DNA from: Bdellovibrionota bacterium
GTDB lineage: Bacteria > Bdellovibrionota_C > UBA2361 > OMII01
Length of the DNA stretch: 42,980 bases
Assembly: GCA_040402735.1 (NCBI GenBank)
Contig: JBBALZ010000003.1
Coordinates: 1 to 42,980, forward strand
Direction of reading: 5' to 3'
Shown here: positions 1 to 7,913 of the stretch, in pieces
Position numbering within the stretch: the stretch's first letter is position 1
How the letters are laid out: the number at the start of each line of letters is the position of its first letter
Program-made: the position numbers and the translations under genes
The notes under the pieces: generated by a model
Told to the model about the DNA's origin: nothing
The model's database searches: none
Seen by the model: the letters and a program-made list of their open reading frames with translations, nothing else

Positions 1-473
1 GCGAATGTTCTCTGTGTCATGCCACAGATAGTATCAGCTTCCGGCAACAGCAGCAGCATCTACCTACACGGCGCGAACGCGCCGTTTCTAACAAAACATC
101 GCGTAAGCGAAGTTTTGCCGCTTTTCCTTAGCAGATAGAATGAGATTACGGCCTTGTACAGGTGGGGATATTTGGGGATATTTTGCGTATCCGCGCTATT
201 TGCATCCTACTTCAGCGCTAAAAACTAAGATAATTTGATCCCTCTAAAGCCCAAAGAGGAAATATTCACATGGTCAGATCGAGGTAAATAACAAAATTTA
301 CGGGGTTAAATCTAGGTAACTACTCACCGGATTTTAAGATCTTCGCTGCAATTTTTTCGCTAAATGAGCTGATTTTGGCGGATCTTTTTTCTTGCCACCC
401 TCAGCACAGCTAATCACGCGCCCGCCGCCCTCGTTCCACACGGCCCCTCGATGCTTCTTCACGCCTCTGTCCC

Positions 474-1850
474 CTATCGCATCAAGCCACGCAGATAATC
501 AGAGATGGCGTGCTTCTTGTCATTCGGGAATTCGATAGCCTTATGATACGAATGACACTCACCACACCCTGACTCTACGTATCCTGGACCGGCATCTTGC
601 TGGTGACAATCACGACACAGGGCGATTCCAGGCAACAAAACATCTCTAGTCTCAGTGGACTTACGCGCACCACCATGACACGACTCGCAGGAAAATTCCT
701 CGTGCGCCCCGTGGCTAAAACGCGCCGCAGGGAACCATACTCTGGGAATCTGCGGCGAGTTAATCTTGTAATGGGAATTAGCTCTTGTCCGTTCAGCTAG
801 GACCTTCTCAGAATAGGAGTGACAGAGAAAGCACCCAGTTTTTGTAAATAACTGTGTCTCTGCCGCACGCGCGTTATCTACTACAGCAGCAACGCTCACC
901 GGGGTCTGCACCACACGCTGCGAATCATCTGAAGGGAACCTCCGTGCGGGCACGATCTCAGCGCGACTCGCCGAATCAGAGTCCAAAAGCTTTGTGTACT
1001 CGGCAAACAAAGCTGGATACACAGCCTCCGCATCACCATGCGGCACCTGTGACTCCGGGAGCCGATCATCAAACCCTAAAGTGTGGCAGCTTCGACAATG
1101 AACATCAAAAGAAATCGGACGGATACGTTTAAAATCGGAATCAAGCTGATGGCAGGACTGACAGGTAAGTGTTGTTGGACCATCGGCGCCGCGCAGTTCA
1201 GACTTTAAGTGCACCGCGTGGTTTAATTTTAGCTCAGTTCGATCAGCAAGCCTCCGGTGGTCATCAAGACTTGTTCGCTCCTTTGTGCCGCTCTTACTAT
1301 CTTGAGAAATGCGAAATTGCGGATGTGATCTAAAGTGATCTACAGCAAGCACTCTAGAATCTGGTGATGACTGCGGAATTATGGCGTGGCACGCTACACA
1401 GTAATCAGCATCTTTGAGGATCAAACCATGGTCACCATTATGCTCCATGTGGCAGGTGCTACAGCGCTGCTGGAGACCTGCATGCGCCTTAGCAAAATTT
1501 GCTAAATTGGTCTTAGTAAAATCGGCCGCGTGCTCAGTTACGTTATGACAAGCCAAACACTCTTTATCGCGCACCTGTTTGAAGGGTTCAGCGTGGCACT
1601 TAGTGCAGTCCTGTGCAATTAAGCTATGTGCATTCGATATCGGGCCACTATTCCACGATCCAAAACGCTTGGTTACAAACGGATAAACTCCGAACGCAAT
1701 TACAGTAAGCGCTGCCAGCGCTAGCAGAATGGTGCGCATTCGCGGCAGGTGCGTCTCGACCGAAAAGTTACTAATAGCTCGGGCTACTCGTTCGTGTAGC
1801 TCGCCGCCCTCTCCACTCGGCGCCTGCTTGAAGACACACCTAAAACTCAT
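474..1850 (-). CDS. membrane-anchored decahaem c-type cytochrome
   Basis: 458-aa ORF with ten CxxCH haem-binding motifs (CTKCH, CLACH, CSTCH, CVACH, CQSCH, CRSCH, CFLCH, CESCH, CRDCH, CGECH). It has one N-terminal hydrophobic helix (ILLALAALTVIAFGVYPFV). The ATG at 1850 follows the upstream stop (1854) by a few nt, suggesting coupling. An alternative start is at 1739. Confidence 0.85.
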   Translation of the reverse strand: MSFRCVFKQAPSGEGGELHERVARAISNFSVETHLPRMRTILLALAALTVIAFGVYPFVTKRFGSWNSGPISNAHSLIAQDCTKCHAEPFKQVRDKECLACHNVTEHAADFTKTNLANFAKAHAGLQQRCSTCHMEHNGDHGLILKDADYCVACHAIIPQSSPDSRVLAVDHFRSHPQFRISQDSKSGTKERTSLDDHRRLADRTELKLNHAVHLKSELRGADGPTTLTCQSCHQLDSDFKRIRPISFDVHCRSCHTLGFDDRLPESQVPHGDAEAVYPALFAEYTKLLDSDSASRAEIVPARRFPSDDSQRVVQTPVSVAAVVDNARAAETQLFTKTGCFLCHSYSEKVLAERTRANSHYKINSPQIPRVWFPAARFSHGAHEEFSCESCHGGARKSTETRDVLLPGIALCRDCHQQDAGPGYVESGCGECHSYHKAIEFPNDKKHAISDYLRGLMR

Positions 1851-1853
1851 GAG

Positions 1854-2678
1854 CTACCAGAAAAAAAAGACCGACAGGATATGCACAGCGAGTGCTACAC
1901 ACAAGACAACGGATACAGGAACATGCACATAGAGCCAGATCTTTAAGAGCGCTTTAAGGCGCATCTGTTCGATAAGTCCTCGTGCTAGGTCAGCTCGTTG
2001 ATCGAGCAGACCAAGTAACGCAATCGCATCATTGTGCTCAGATTCGCTAACCCCTTGAATCAGAGCACCGGCTGCAAGGTGATCGACTATCGGGATCTCC
2101 TGAGCTCTGATAAGTGCTCGCAGCCCAGGCGCAAAAGTAAAATCGTACCTGTTAAAAATTGACAAAAAACGCTGGCTCTTTCCGACGCAAAGCTTTTCAA
2201 GCTTCTCACTCAAAGCAAATATCTCCTCGATAATCGCTGAATCCTTAGCTCCACCTCGATGAGCTGTGATCTTTCCCGATAACGCTCTGTAGTTTGCTGC
2301 TCCCCAGATCCCTGAGAGGATCGTCACCACCATCGCCACATACGCCAGTGTGTGAACATTAAGACCAAAGCTAAACCCAGCGTGAAGCGGCACAAGAAAA
2401 AGCACTCCTATGCCGACCCACACGTGTGCTGCTAGCCATCCTTCTACTGTTCCTAGTTTTGAACTGTATGCGCGCTTACGCAGTCCGTAGGCCATAAGCC
2501 ACAGGATAGCTAGTGTTGATAGAGCTCCCAAGGTATAGCCGACTACCGTCCCACCATTTCTTCCGCCCGGAGGGGAGTCAAGCACGTACACAACTAAGCT
2601 TATAAGAAGACACCCAGCGGTCAGCCACAACCAACGAAACCGTTTGTAGCTAATGAATGTTTCTCCTATCACTCTCAA
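1854..2678 (-). CDS. polytopic membrane protein with intramembrane histidines (possible b-type haem / electron-transfer subunit)
   Basis: 274-aa ORF with about 5 hydrophobic helices. Several carry His (AAHVWVG, VPLHAGF, NVHTLAY, YVHVPVS, AVHILSV). It is tightly packed between the reductase and cytochrome genes. The family assignment is not recognised with certainty. Confidence 0.6.
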   Translation of the reverse strand: MRVIGETFISYKRFRWLWLTAGCLLISLVVYVLDSPPGGRNGGTVVGYTLGALSTLAILWLMAYGLRKRAYSSKLGTVEGWLAAHVWVGIGVLFLVPLHAGFSFGLNVHTLAYVAMVVTILSGIWGAANYRALSGKITAHRGGAKDSAIIEEIFALSEKLEKLCVGKSQRFLSIFNRYDFTFAPGLRALIRAQEIPIVDHLAAGALIQGVSESEHNDAIALLGLLDQRADLARGLIEQMRLKALLKIWLYVHVPVSVVLCVALAVHILSVFFFW

Positions 2679-2692
2679 TACTCCGCTTCATA

Positions 2693-5053
2693 CTACTGCT
2701 GTAGCGACAGCATACGCTTGCTGCCTGCTATCTGCACTAGTCGAGTTGAATTTACACGCATCGCCGCTCCTGTTGGGCATGCGCGCACGCATGCCGGCCC
2801 ACCAGTAAGCTCATGACACATATCACACTTAGCGGCCTTTGCCGGGCCCTTTTCTTTTTGACCTCTACCAAAGAGCGACCAGATCGACCAGCCACTTGAA
2901 ACAGAATCGTACACGAGTTTTATCACATCATACGGGCAGTTAGTGACACAGTTGCCACACCCTATACACGTGTCTCTAATTATCACCTCTCCGTTTGCTT
3001 GGCGCATCAGTGCATCAGGCGGGCAATCGAGCATGCAAAGTGGATTTTCACAGTGACGACACGATATCGGAATCTGTATCGCCGCAAAGCTTTTGCCACC
3101 CTTTCGGTCTAGTCGCGAGTAACCACCATGAGTCGCTGCACATGCTGCCTCGCAGTTATCACAGCCGATACACTTATCTGAGTCGATGAGCAGTACGTTC
3201 TCCGCATCAGTTAAGCCCTCACGCATCATAAACTCAAGGAGAGATCCAGAACCATCACTCCAATCCGTAACTGCATTCTGCACTCGGCGCTGATCGGCTA
3301 TCGTATCGAGGTGTGCCCGCGCTATGGGATACTGGTTAAACAATGCAAGCATATCGCTCTTCTGCAATACGATCGTCTCACACATCACAGCTGCGGTGAC
3401 CGTTGCTGACCGAGGAGTCGCAGCCTCTTCAATCACTGCCATCTCGCCAACAACGTGTCCGGCTGGCACGTAGTTTTGCGCTATATCGCTGCCGCTCTTA
3501 TTACGCCGGGAAACCTTTACTGAACCCTTGCGAATAATATAGAGCTGCTCTCCAACCTCTCCCTCACTAAAGAGGGTCTCACCTTTTTTAAACACCTTAG
3601 TCGTCGCTTGGCGCGCCAAAGCATCAAGAAATTCAGCTGGACCATCGGGAAATATGGCCCGTCGAAGCACTCGAGACACAAAAAGCTCATCGAGTGTTCG
3701 GCGCACTGAGGCCACAGAAGCCATAAGTTTAATAATCTGTTTGCGCGGAATCTCTATTAAGATAGTGCCCGGGTCTGCGGCGCGTACCGTTGCAACGCGG
3801 CGGCGGCCTGAGAGCAATCCCATCTCACCAAAGAACTCACCAACTGCAAGACGCACGAGTCGCCCCTCAGCTAGCTCAATCTCCACACTACCCGCTAGCA
3901 CGCTCCAAAAAGTATCGGTATAATCATCCTTCTCAAATACGATATCCCCGGCATCCTTTGAGTGTAACACCGAGTCGATAACCAACTCTCGCAGTTGTGG
4001 CGAACTGAGATCTTTAAAGAGCGGCAATCGGGTCTTAATCCGTTCATAGTTCTCTGCAAATCCACCTGGAATGTCAGCAAAACGCTCTTCAAGTAGCGGC
4101 TGGTCAGCTGGCTCAACTGGTGCGCCGCGGATGTGTTCGATTACTTCATAGCCCTGATTAATCGCTTGCTTAATGAGCGGATAGCCTATAAGCGCTCCCA
4201 GCAAATAGAGTCGTGGAACATTAGACTCATACGTTGCACTTACAACCGGCACACTTGAAGCATCAGCATTGGGAAATCGTATGCCGATTGACTCCAGGAA
4301 CTTACGCGGCGGAATACACCCGAGTCGCGCGATCAGGTGATCGCACGCCACTACTACTTCGCCATTAGGCGTCTCTACCACTGTCGCTGTGGCCTCGATT
4401 CGATTGATGGTAGCACTGTACAAACACCGAATCTTCCCCGTCGATATCGCCTGCAACACGGCTCTAGAGTTGGCGTCCTTGGCCCGTGCAAACTCACCTC
4501 CACGATTTACTATACAGACTGTGTTTTGTTCAGATAACGCCAGAGCATTCTCAATCGCCGCATCCCCCGCACCTACGACGATAATATTCCGACCCGCAAA
4601 CGCACCTGCATCCGCCAACGTGTACTCCACATGAGGCAAGTCCTCGCCTGCAACTCCGAGTTTGCGCGGCGTGCCCTGTACACCGATAGCCATTACCACG
4701 TGTCTCGCAGTGCAGCTCTCTCCACCGTAGGTAATTGAAAACGATTCTTCTCCCGCGGATATAGATGTTACCTCACCAGTGACCGTGTTGACTCGCGCTG
4801 ACGCTATGTCTTCTGCGAACTCTTCGAGGATCCTTTCCCTACTACCGGCCTTGAAACGACAGTGAGCTCGTAACGGTAACCGTGCTGGCTCGTCCATTAC
4901 GTGCTTGCGCAACTGGTATTGGTAAATCGTGTTGGCGAGTTCGCCCTTCTCAATCAGGATGTGAGAGATTCCGTGCCGCGCTGCATTGGTCGCAGCACCG
5001 ATCCCTGCTGGGCCCGCTCCTATAATAGCTATTTCAAAATGCGGCATATGCAA
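2693..5053 (-). CDS. FAD/NAD(P)-dependent (thioredoxin-reductase-like) oxidoreductase fused to two cyclic-nucleotide-binding domains and a four-cluster [4Fe-4S] ferredoxin domain
   Basis: 786-aa ORF. Dinucleotide folds: IAIIGAGPAGIGAA and IIVVGAGDAAIENA. Two cNMP-binding signatures: FFGEMGLLSGRRRVATVRA and VVGEMAVIEEAATPRSATVTA. The C-terminus carries four Cys clusters (CIGCDNCEAAC, CRHCENPLCMLDCP, CIGCGNCVTNCP, CDMCHELTGGPACVRACP). Confidence 0.85.
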   Translation of the reverse strand: MHMPHFEIAIIGAGPAGIGAATNAARHGISHILIEKGELANTIYQYQLRKHVMDEPARLPLRAHCRFKAGSRERILEEFAEDIASARVNTVTGEVTSISAGEESFSITYGGESCTARHVVMAIGVQGTPRKLGVAGEDLPHVEYTLADAGAFAGRNIIVVGAGDAAIENALALSEQNTVCIVNRGGEFARAKDANSRAVLQAISTGKIRCLYSATINRIEATATVVETPNGEVVVACDHLIARLGCIPPRKFLESIGIRFPNADASSVPVVSATYESNVPRLYLLGALIGYPLIKQAINQGYEVIEHIRGAPVEPADQPLLEERFADIPGGFAENYERIKTRLPLFKDLSSPQLRELVIDSVLHSKDAGDIVFEKDDYTDTFWSVLAGSVEIELAEGRLVRLAVGEFFGEMGLLSGRRRVATVRAADPGTILIEIPRKQIIKLMASVASVRRTLDELFVSRVLRRAIFPDGPAEFLDALARQATTKVFKKGETLFSEGEVGEQLYIIRKGSVKVSRRNKSGSDIAQNYVPAGHVVGEMAVIEEAATPRSATVTAAVMCETIVLQKSDMLALFNQYPIARAHLDTIADQRRVQNAVTDWSDGSGSLLEFMMREGLTDAENVLLIDSDKCIGCDNCEAACAATHGGYSRLDRKGGKSFAAIQIPISCRHCENPLCMLDCPPDALMRQANGEVIIRDTCIGCGNCVTNCPYDVIKLVYDSVSSGWSIWSLFGRGQKEKGPAKAAKCDMCHELTGGPACVRACPTGAAMRVNSTRLVQIAGSKRMLSLQQ

Positions 5054-5152
5054 ACCGGCGTTTTACGATCTGGGCGCAGCACAGCAGACTTACAAGGATT
5101 TTGAATTTTTCGAAAGCTTAACCCTGGCACCGTCAGGGTGAGCACAGAAAAT

Positions 5153-5222
5153 TCAAAAGCCACAGTGATTTTGAGTAGATGCGCCATTTTCAGACCCGCA
5201 ACTGCTGAATTTAGGTTAACCC
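5153..5222 (+). repeat. family B repeat, partial copy B1 (long arm plus right terminal repeat)
   Basis: About 70 nt match the reverse complement of 7803-7871 with about 4 differences, including a 1-nt indel. Contains the core CCATTTTCAGACCCGCAACTGCTGAATTTAGG. Confidence 0.85.
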
Positions 5223-5289
5223 ATCGTAGTAGAGGCCCGGCAATATGGCGAGTAGACAATTTACGTACGAGCGATTACAACCTTATGTC

Positions 5290-5441
5290 TAGGTCATCGC
5301 AATTCTCCCGCTGTCTACTTGGAGGAATTGGCCTTCGTGATAGGGATAAAAATGCGCGGCCAGGCATCGATAAACTCATTAAATACAGTATGTTCCGCGC
5401 ATTTTTGGCCTCGTTCAAGGAGAGATAATTGCGATGCCCTA
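5290..5441 (+). repeat. family A palindromic repeat, copy A1 (about 152 bp, MITE/REP-like)
   Basis: Terminal inverted repeats are TAGGtCATCGCAATTCTC ... ATTGCGATGCCCTA. Inner inverted repeat is AAAAATGCGCGG ... CCGCGCATTTTT. Homologous to 7411-7562, 30279-30429, 30483-30567, 42730-42879 and 42886-42980. Confidence 0.9.
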
Positions 5442-5450
5442 CCTTCTGTC

Positions 5451-6794
5451 ATGCGTTTATTATCGCACTGGCCTGCATTTAGCCAAATGGCTGCGTTAGC
5501 TCACACCCTTATTGGATTTACTTGTTTAAGCATCTGCTTACTCTCACACGCGCAATCCAACCCCGATACCACTAAAGAACACGTGCACCCAAAGTTTATG
5601 GGCACCGGCTCATGCTCCTCATCTAATTGCCACGGGAGTGTTAATCCGATCAATGGCTCTGATGTTCTGCAAAATGAGTACCATACATGGTTAAAGTACG
5701 ATCGACACTCAAAGGCCTACTCTGCACTAACAACCCCTGATGCAAAGAGAATAGCCTCTCACTTAAACCTTGGAGATCCAGCTAAAGAGGCTCAATGCCT
5801 CACCTGCCACACAACCTACGTTCCTAATCGGGACCAGCGAGGTGAGCGCTACGCGGTTGAAGATGGAGTCTCGTGCGAATCGTGTCACGGAGCCGCAGAG
5901 CGCTGGATCGCTTCGCATGCAGAGCGCTCTGCAACACACGAGCGCAACCTTGCAAACGGACTTGTAGATACTGCGTCACTAAATGCGCGAGCTACGCTAT
6001 GCCTATCGTGTCATTACGGTGATGACTCAAAACGTGTAACGCACGACCTCTATGGGGCAGGACATCCACGACTCAGATTTGAGTTAGATACCTACGGGAT
6101 ATTACAACCGAAACACTGGGTAGTAGACGGCGACTACCAGAGTCGCAAATCTGACTACATTCCACTTCGCGCATGGTTTGCTGGTCAGCTAGCCCAGGCC
6201 GAGTCTCTCCTTGTTATGTTAGGCAACCCACACTCTAAAACACAACGGGGCTTTCCGGAATTGAGCTTATTTGACTGTTTCTCTTGCCACCACAACCTCA
6301 CGCAGAATCAGTGGAAAAACCGCACATATGGAGAAACTCCAGGCACTCTGCAATTAAACCTGACTCCACTACTTCTTTTGCAGGCTTCCTTGGCATTCCT
6401 TGATGCTGAAAAATCTCTAGAGCTTGCGCGACTAAGCGCTAACCTCCAGAAAAGCTTTGGTACCGATACCATGAGTCAAACGCTAAGCGAACTAAGAACC
6501 CTACTCAAGTCGCAGGTGCGTCCGTTTATCGCCAATATTAGAGGCGATATGCAAACCTGCTCTACAGTTGTACGGGGGCTAGCGCAAGAGAGCACAAATG
6601 TACCCACGCCAAAATTTGAATTTGCCGAGCAGGTGGGGATGGGCATTCAGGCAGCCCTAGCCACATCTCCGGAACTAGCCAAACAAAGCAGCGCTCAACT
6701 CTCGCGGCTCTTTAAGACCCTTGAGCGGGCAGATTCGTTCGATCCACAAAGCTTCTCAGCGGCACTTCAGGGCTTCGCAATTCTCTCTTCTTAA
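5451..6794 (+). CDS. secreted multihaem c-type cytochrome (4 CxxCH plus one CxxxxCH)
   Basis: The track ORF 5319-6794 is trimmed to the ATG at 5451 because the first 44 codons lie inside repeat A1. Signal-peptide-like N-terminus: MRLLSHWPAFSQMAALAHTLIGFTCLSICLLSHA. Haem motifs: CSSSNCH, CLTCH, CESCH, CLSCH, CFSCH. No Shine-Dalgarno sequence is visible upstream. Confidence 0.75.
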   Translation: MRLLSHWPAFSQMAALAHTLIGFTCLSICLLSHAQSNPDTTKEHVHPKFMGTGSCSSSNCHGSVNPINGSDVLQNEYHTWLKYDRHSKAYSALTTPDAKRIASHLNLGDPAKEAQCLTCHTTYVPNRDQRGERYAVEDGVSCESCHGAAERWIASHAERSATHERNLANGLVDTASLNARATLCLSCHYGDDSKRVTHDLYGAGHPRLRFELDTYGILQPKHWVVDGDYQSRKSDYIPLRAWFAGQLAQAESLLVMLGNPHSKTQRGFPELSLFDCFSCHHNLTQNQWKNRTYGETPGTLQLNLTPLLLLQASLAFLDAEKSLELARLSANLQKSFGTDTMSQTLSELRTLLKSQVRPFIANIRGDMQTCSTVVRGLAQESTNVPTPKFEFAEQVGMGIQAALATSPELAKQSSAQLSRLFKTLERADSFDPQSFSAALQGFAILSS

Positions 6795-6806
6795 ATGGGG
6801 CCAAAA

Positions 6807-6835
6807 GTTAAGGAGGATGAAAATGGTGCAGATAC
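6807..6835. repeat. family B internal fragment
   Basis: GTTAAGGAGGATGAAAATGGTGCAGATAC equals the reverse complement of 7872-7900 with one mismatch. It lies between the convergent stops of the cytochrome and SnoaL-like genes. Confidence 0.75.
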
Positions 6836-6893
6836 CCAGGTTGATTCCAACCCGTACCAGCTGGAGGGGCGTATAACGTTTGCGCAACGGGCG

Positions 6894-7307
6894 TTAGTCC
6901 CGTTCGCCCTTTTGTTCCGCCGTGTAAGCTGCAACCATTGGAGCAGTGTCGATATACTCTCGCCATCGAACTACTTTCCCATTAGTTACATCAAATATTT
7001 GCGTCCACTGAACCGTGAATTCAATACTTGTCGACTTTGCTCTACATCGTTCGCGCCCTGTAACCGCCACTGACTTCTCACTACCTATAAACTCTTCCGG
7101 CACGAATTCAAGAATCTCCTCGTGCTCAAAGAGGCTTGCAAAGAATTTCTCAACTCCAGAAATACCTTTATAGGTTCCAAAATACGGAATACTCGACGGC
7201 CCGATTAACTTCCACTCGATGCTCTCTGATAAACAAGCAAGCACACCTGAGAGATCTCCTTTTGCGAAACATTCGTAAATCTTCTTTGCCACATCGGTTG
7301 CTAACAT
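6894..7307 (-). CDS. SnoaL-like / NTF2-fold (ketosteroid-isomerase-like) small protein
   Basis: 137 aa. The N-terminal pattern (KIYECFAKGDLSGVLACLSESIEW) and C-terminal pattern (FDVTNGKVVRWREYIDT) are typical of SnoaL-like polyketide-cyclase-fold proteins. AGAGGAG Shine-Dalgarno lies upstream of the ATG. Confidence 0.75.
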   Translation of the reverse strand: MLATDVAKKIYECFAKGDLSGVLACLSESIEWKLIGPSSIPYFGTYKGISGVEKFFASLFEHEEILEFVPEEFIGSEKSVAVTGRERCRAKSTSIEFTVQWTQIFDVTNGKVVRWREYIDTAPMVAAYTAEQKGERD

Positions 7308-7410
7308 AATCTCCTCTTAAGGTAGAGCGGTAGGTATAACAGGGGTGCTCCGTTATAGCGAAAAAATGCCGGGTCAAGCAAGTCCACTAGGACTCCTCCT
7401 TGAATCCGCA

Positions 7411-7562
7411 TAGAGCCTCGCAATTCTCCGTCTATCTACTAGAAAGGGCTGGCATTCCTGATAGGGATACAAATGCGCGGCTAAATCCTGTTAAACTGAT
7501 TGAATACAGGAGGTTTCGCGCATTTTTGGCAGCATTTTAGAGAAGAGAATTGCGATGCCCTA
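7411..7562 (+). repeat. family A palindromic repeat, copy A2
   Basis: Same orientation and architecture as A1 and A5: TAGAGCCTCGCAATTCTC ... GAGAATTGCGATGCCCTA. Flanked by similar 17-mers, GAATCCGCATAGAGCCT (left, running into the element's first 7 nt) and GAATCCGCAAAGAGGCT (right). Confidence 0.9.
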
Positions 7563-7760
7563 GAATCCGCAAAGAGGCTTAGCAGCAGAGTGCTTATGCC
7601 GGCGCTGCGAGCGTCGAACAAAAATCTGCGTTGTAGCGATATGTTAGCTGTCCTGTGAAGCATACTGGATAAATGCACGCCGTTTTTAAGTATGGTAAAC
7701 GATCTTTCGGGTCGCTCATACTCCAAAGCATCCGAAAAGTTCAAAAACCTTTGTGCTTTT

Positions 7761-7806
7761 GTGCACCTACACTATTTTCATGCTCCTTAACGGCTGAATC
7801 GAGGTT
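7761..7806. repeat. family B diverged partial copy (left-end portion)
   Basis: GTGCACCTACACTATTTTCATGCTCCTTAACGGCTGAATCGAGG parallels 7871-7913 (GTACCTGCACCATTTTCATCCTCCTTAACTGCCGAATTTAGG). It abuts copy B2. Confidence 0.65.
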
Positions 7807-7809
7807 AAA

Positions 7810-7913
7810 CCTAAATTCGGCAGTTGCGGGTCTGAAAATGGCGCATCTACTCAAATCACTGCGGCTTTTGAGTACCTGCACCATTTTCATCCTCCTTAAC
7901 TGCCGAATTTAGG
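7810..7913 (-). repeat. family B repeat, full-length copy B2 (104 bp, perfect 16-nt terminal inverted repeats)
   Basis: CCTAAATTCGGCAGTT at 7810-7825 is the exact reverse complement of AACTGCCGAATTTAGG at 7898-7913. The interior matches B1 in reverse orientation. Confidence 0.85.

Noticed and set aside
5029-5428. ORFs 5029-5259 (-) and 5138-5428 (+) in the divergent intergenic region
   Set aside because: Both are built from the B1 and A1 repeat sequence. The peptide similarity between loci (LSRCAIFRPATAEFR) is explained by nucleotide identity, and a 1-nt indel between copies breaks the frame.
5319-5450. N-terminal 44 codons of the 491-aa track ORF (MEELAFVIGIKMRGQASINSLNTVCSAHFW...)
   Set aside because: This stretch lies entirely within repeat A1. 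The same frame is closed in other copies (A5 reads ATGCGCGGCTAA). The cytochrome is better started at 5451, in front of its signal peptide.
7481-7912. ORFs 7481-7744 (-) and 7673-7912 (+), and the 49-codon SD-preceded frame at 7741-7890 (-)
   Set aside because: All lie in repeat A2/B sequence, with no coding-type conservation between copies. The B copy at 6807 diverges after five codons (MKMVQ). They are treated as non-coding repeat DNA.
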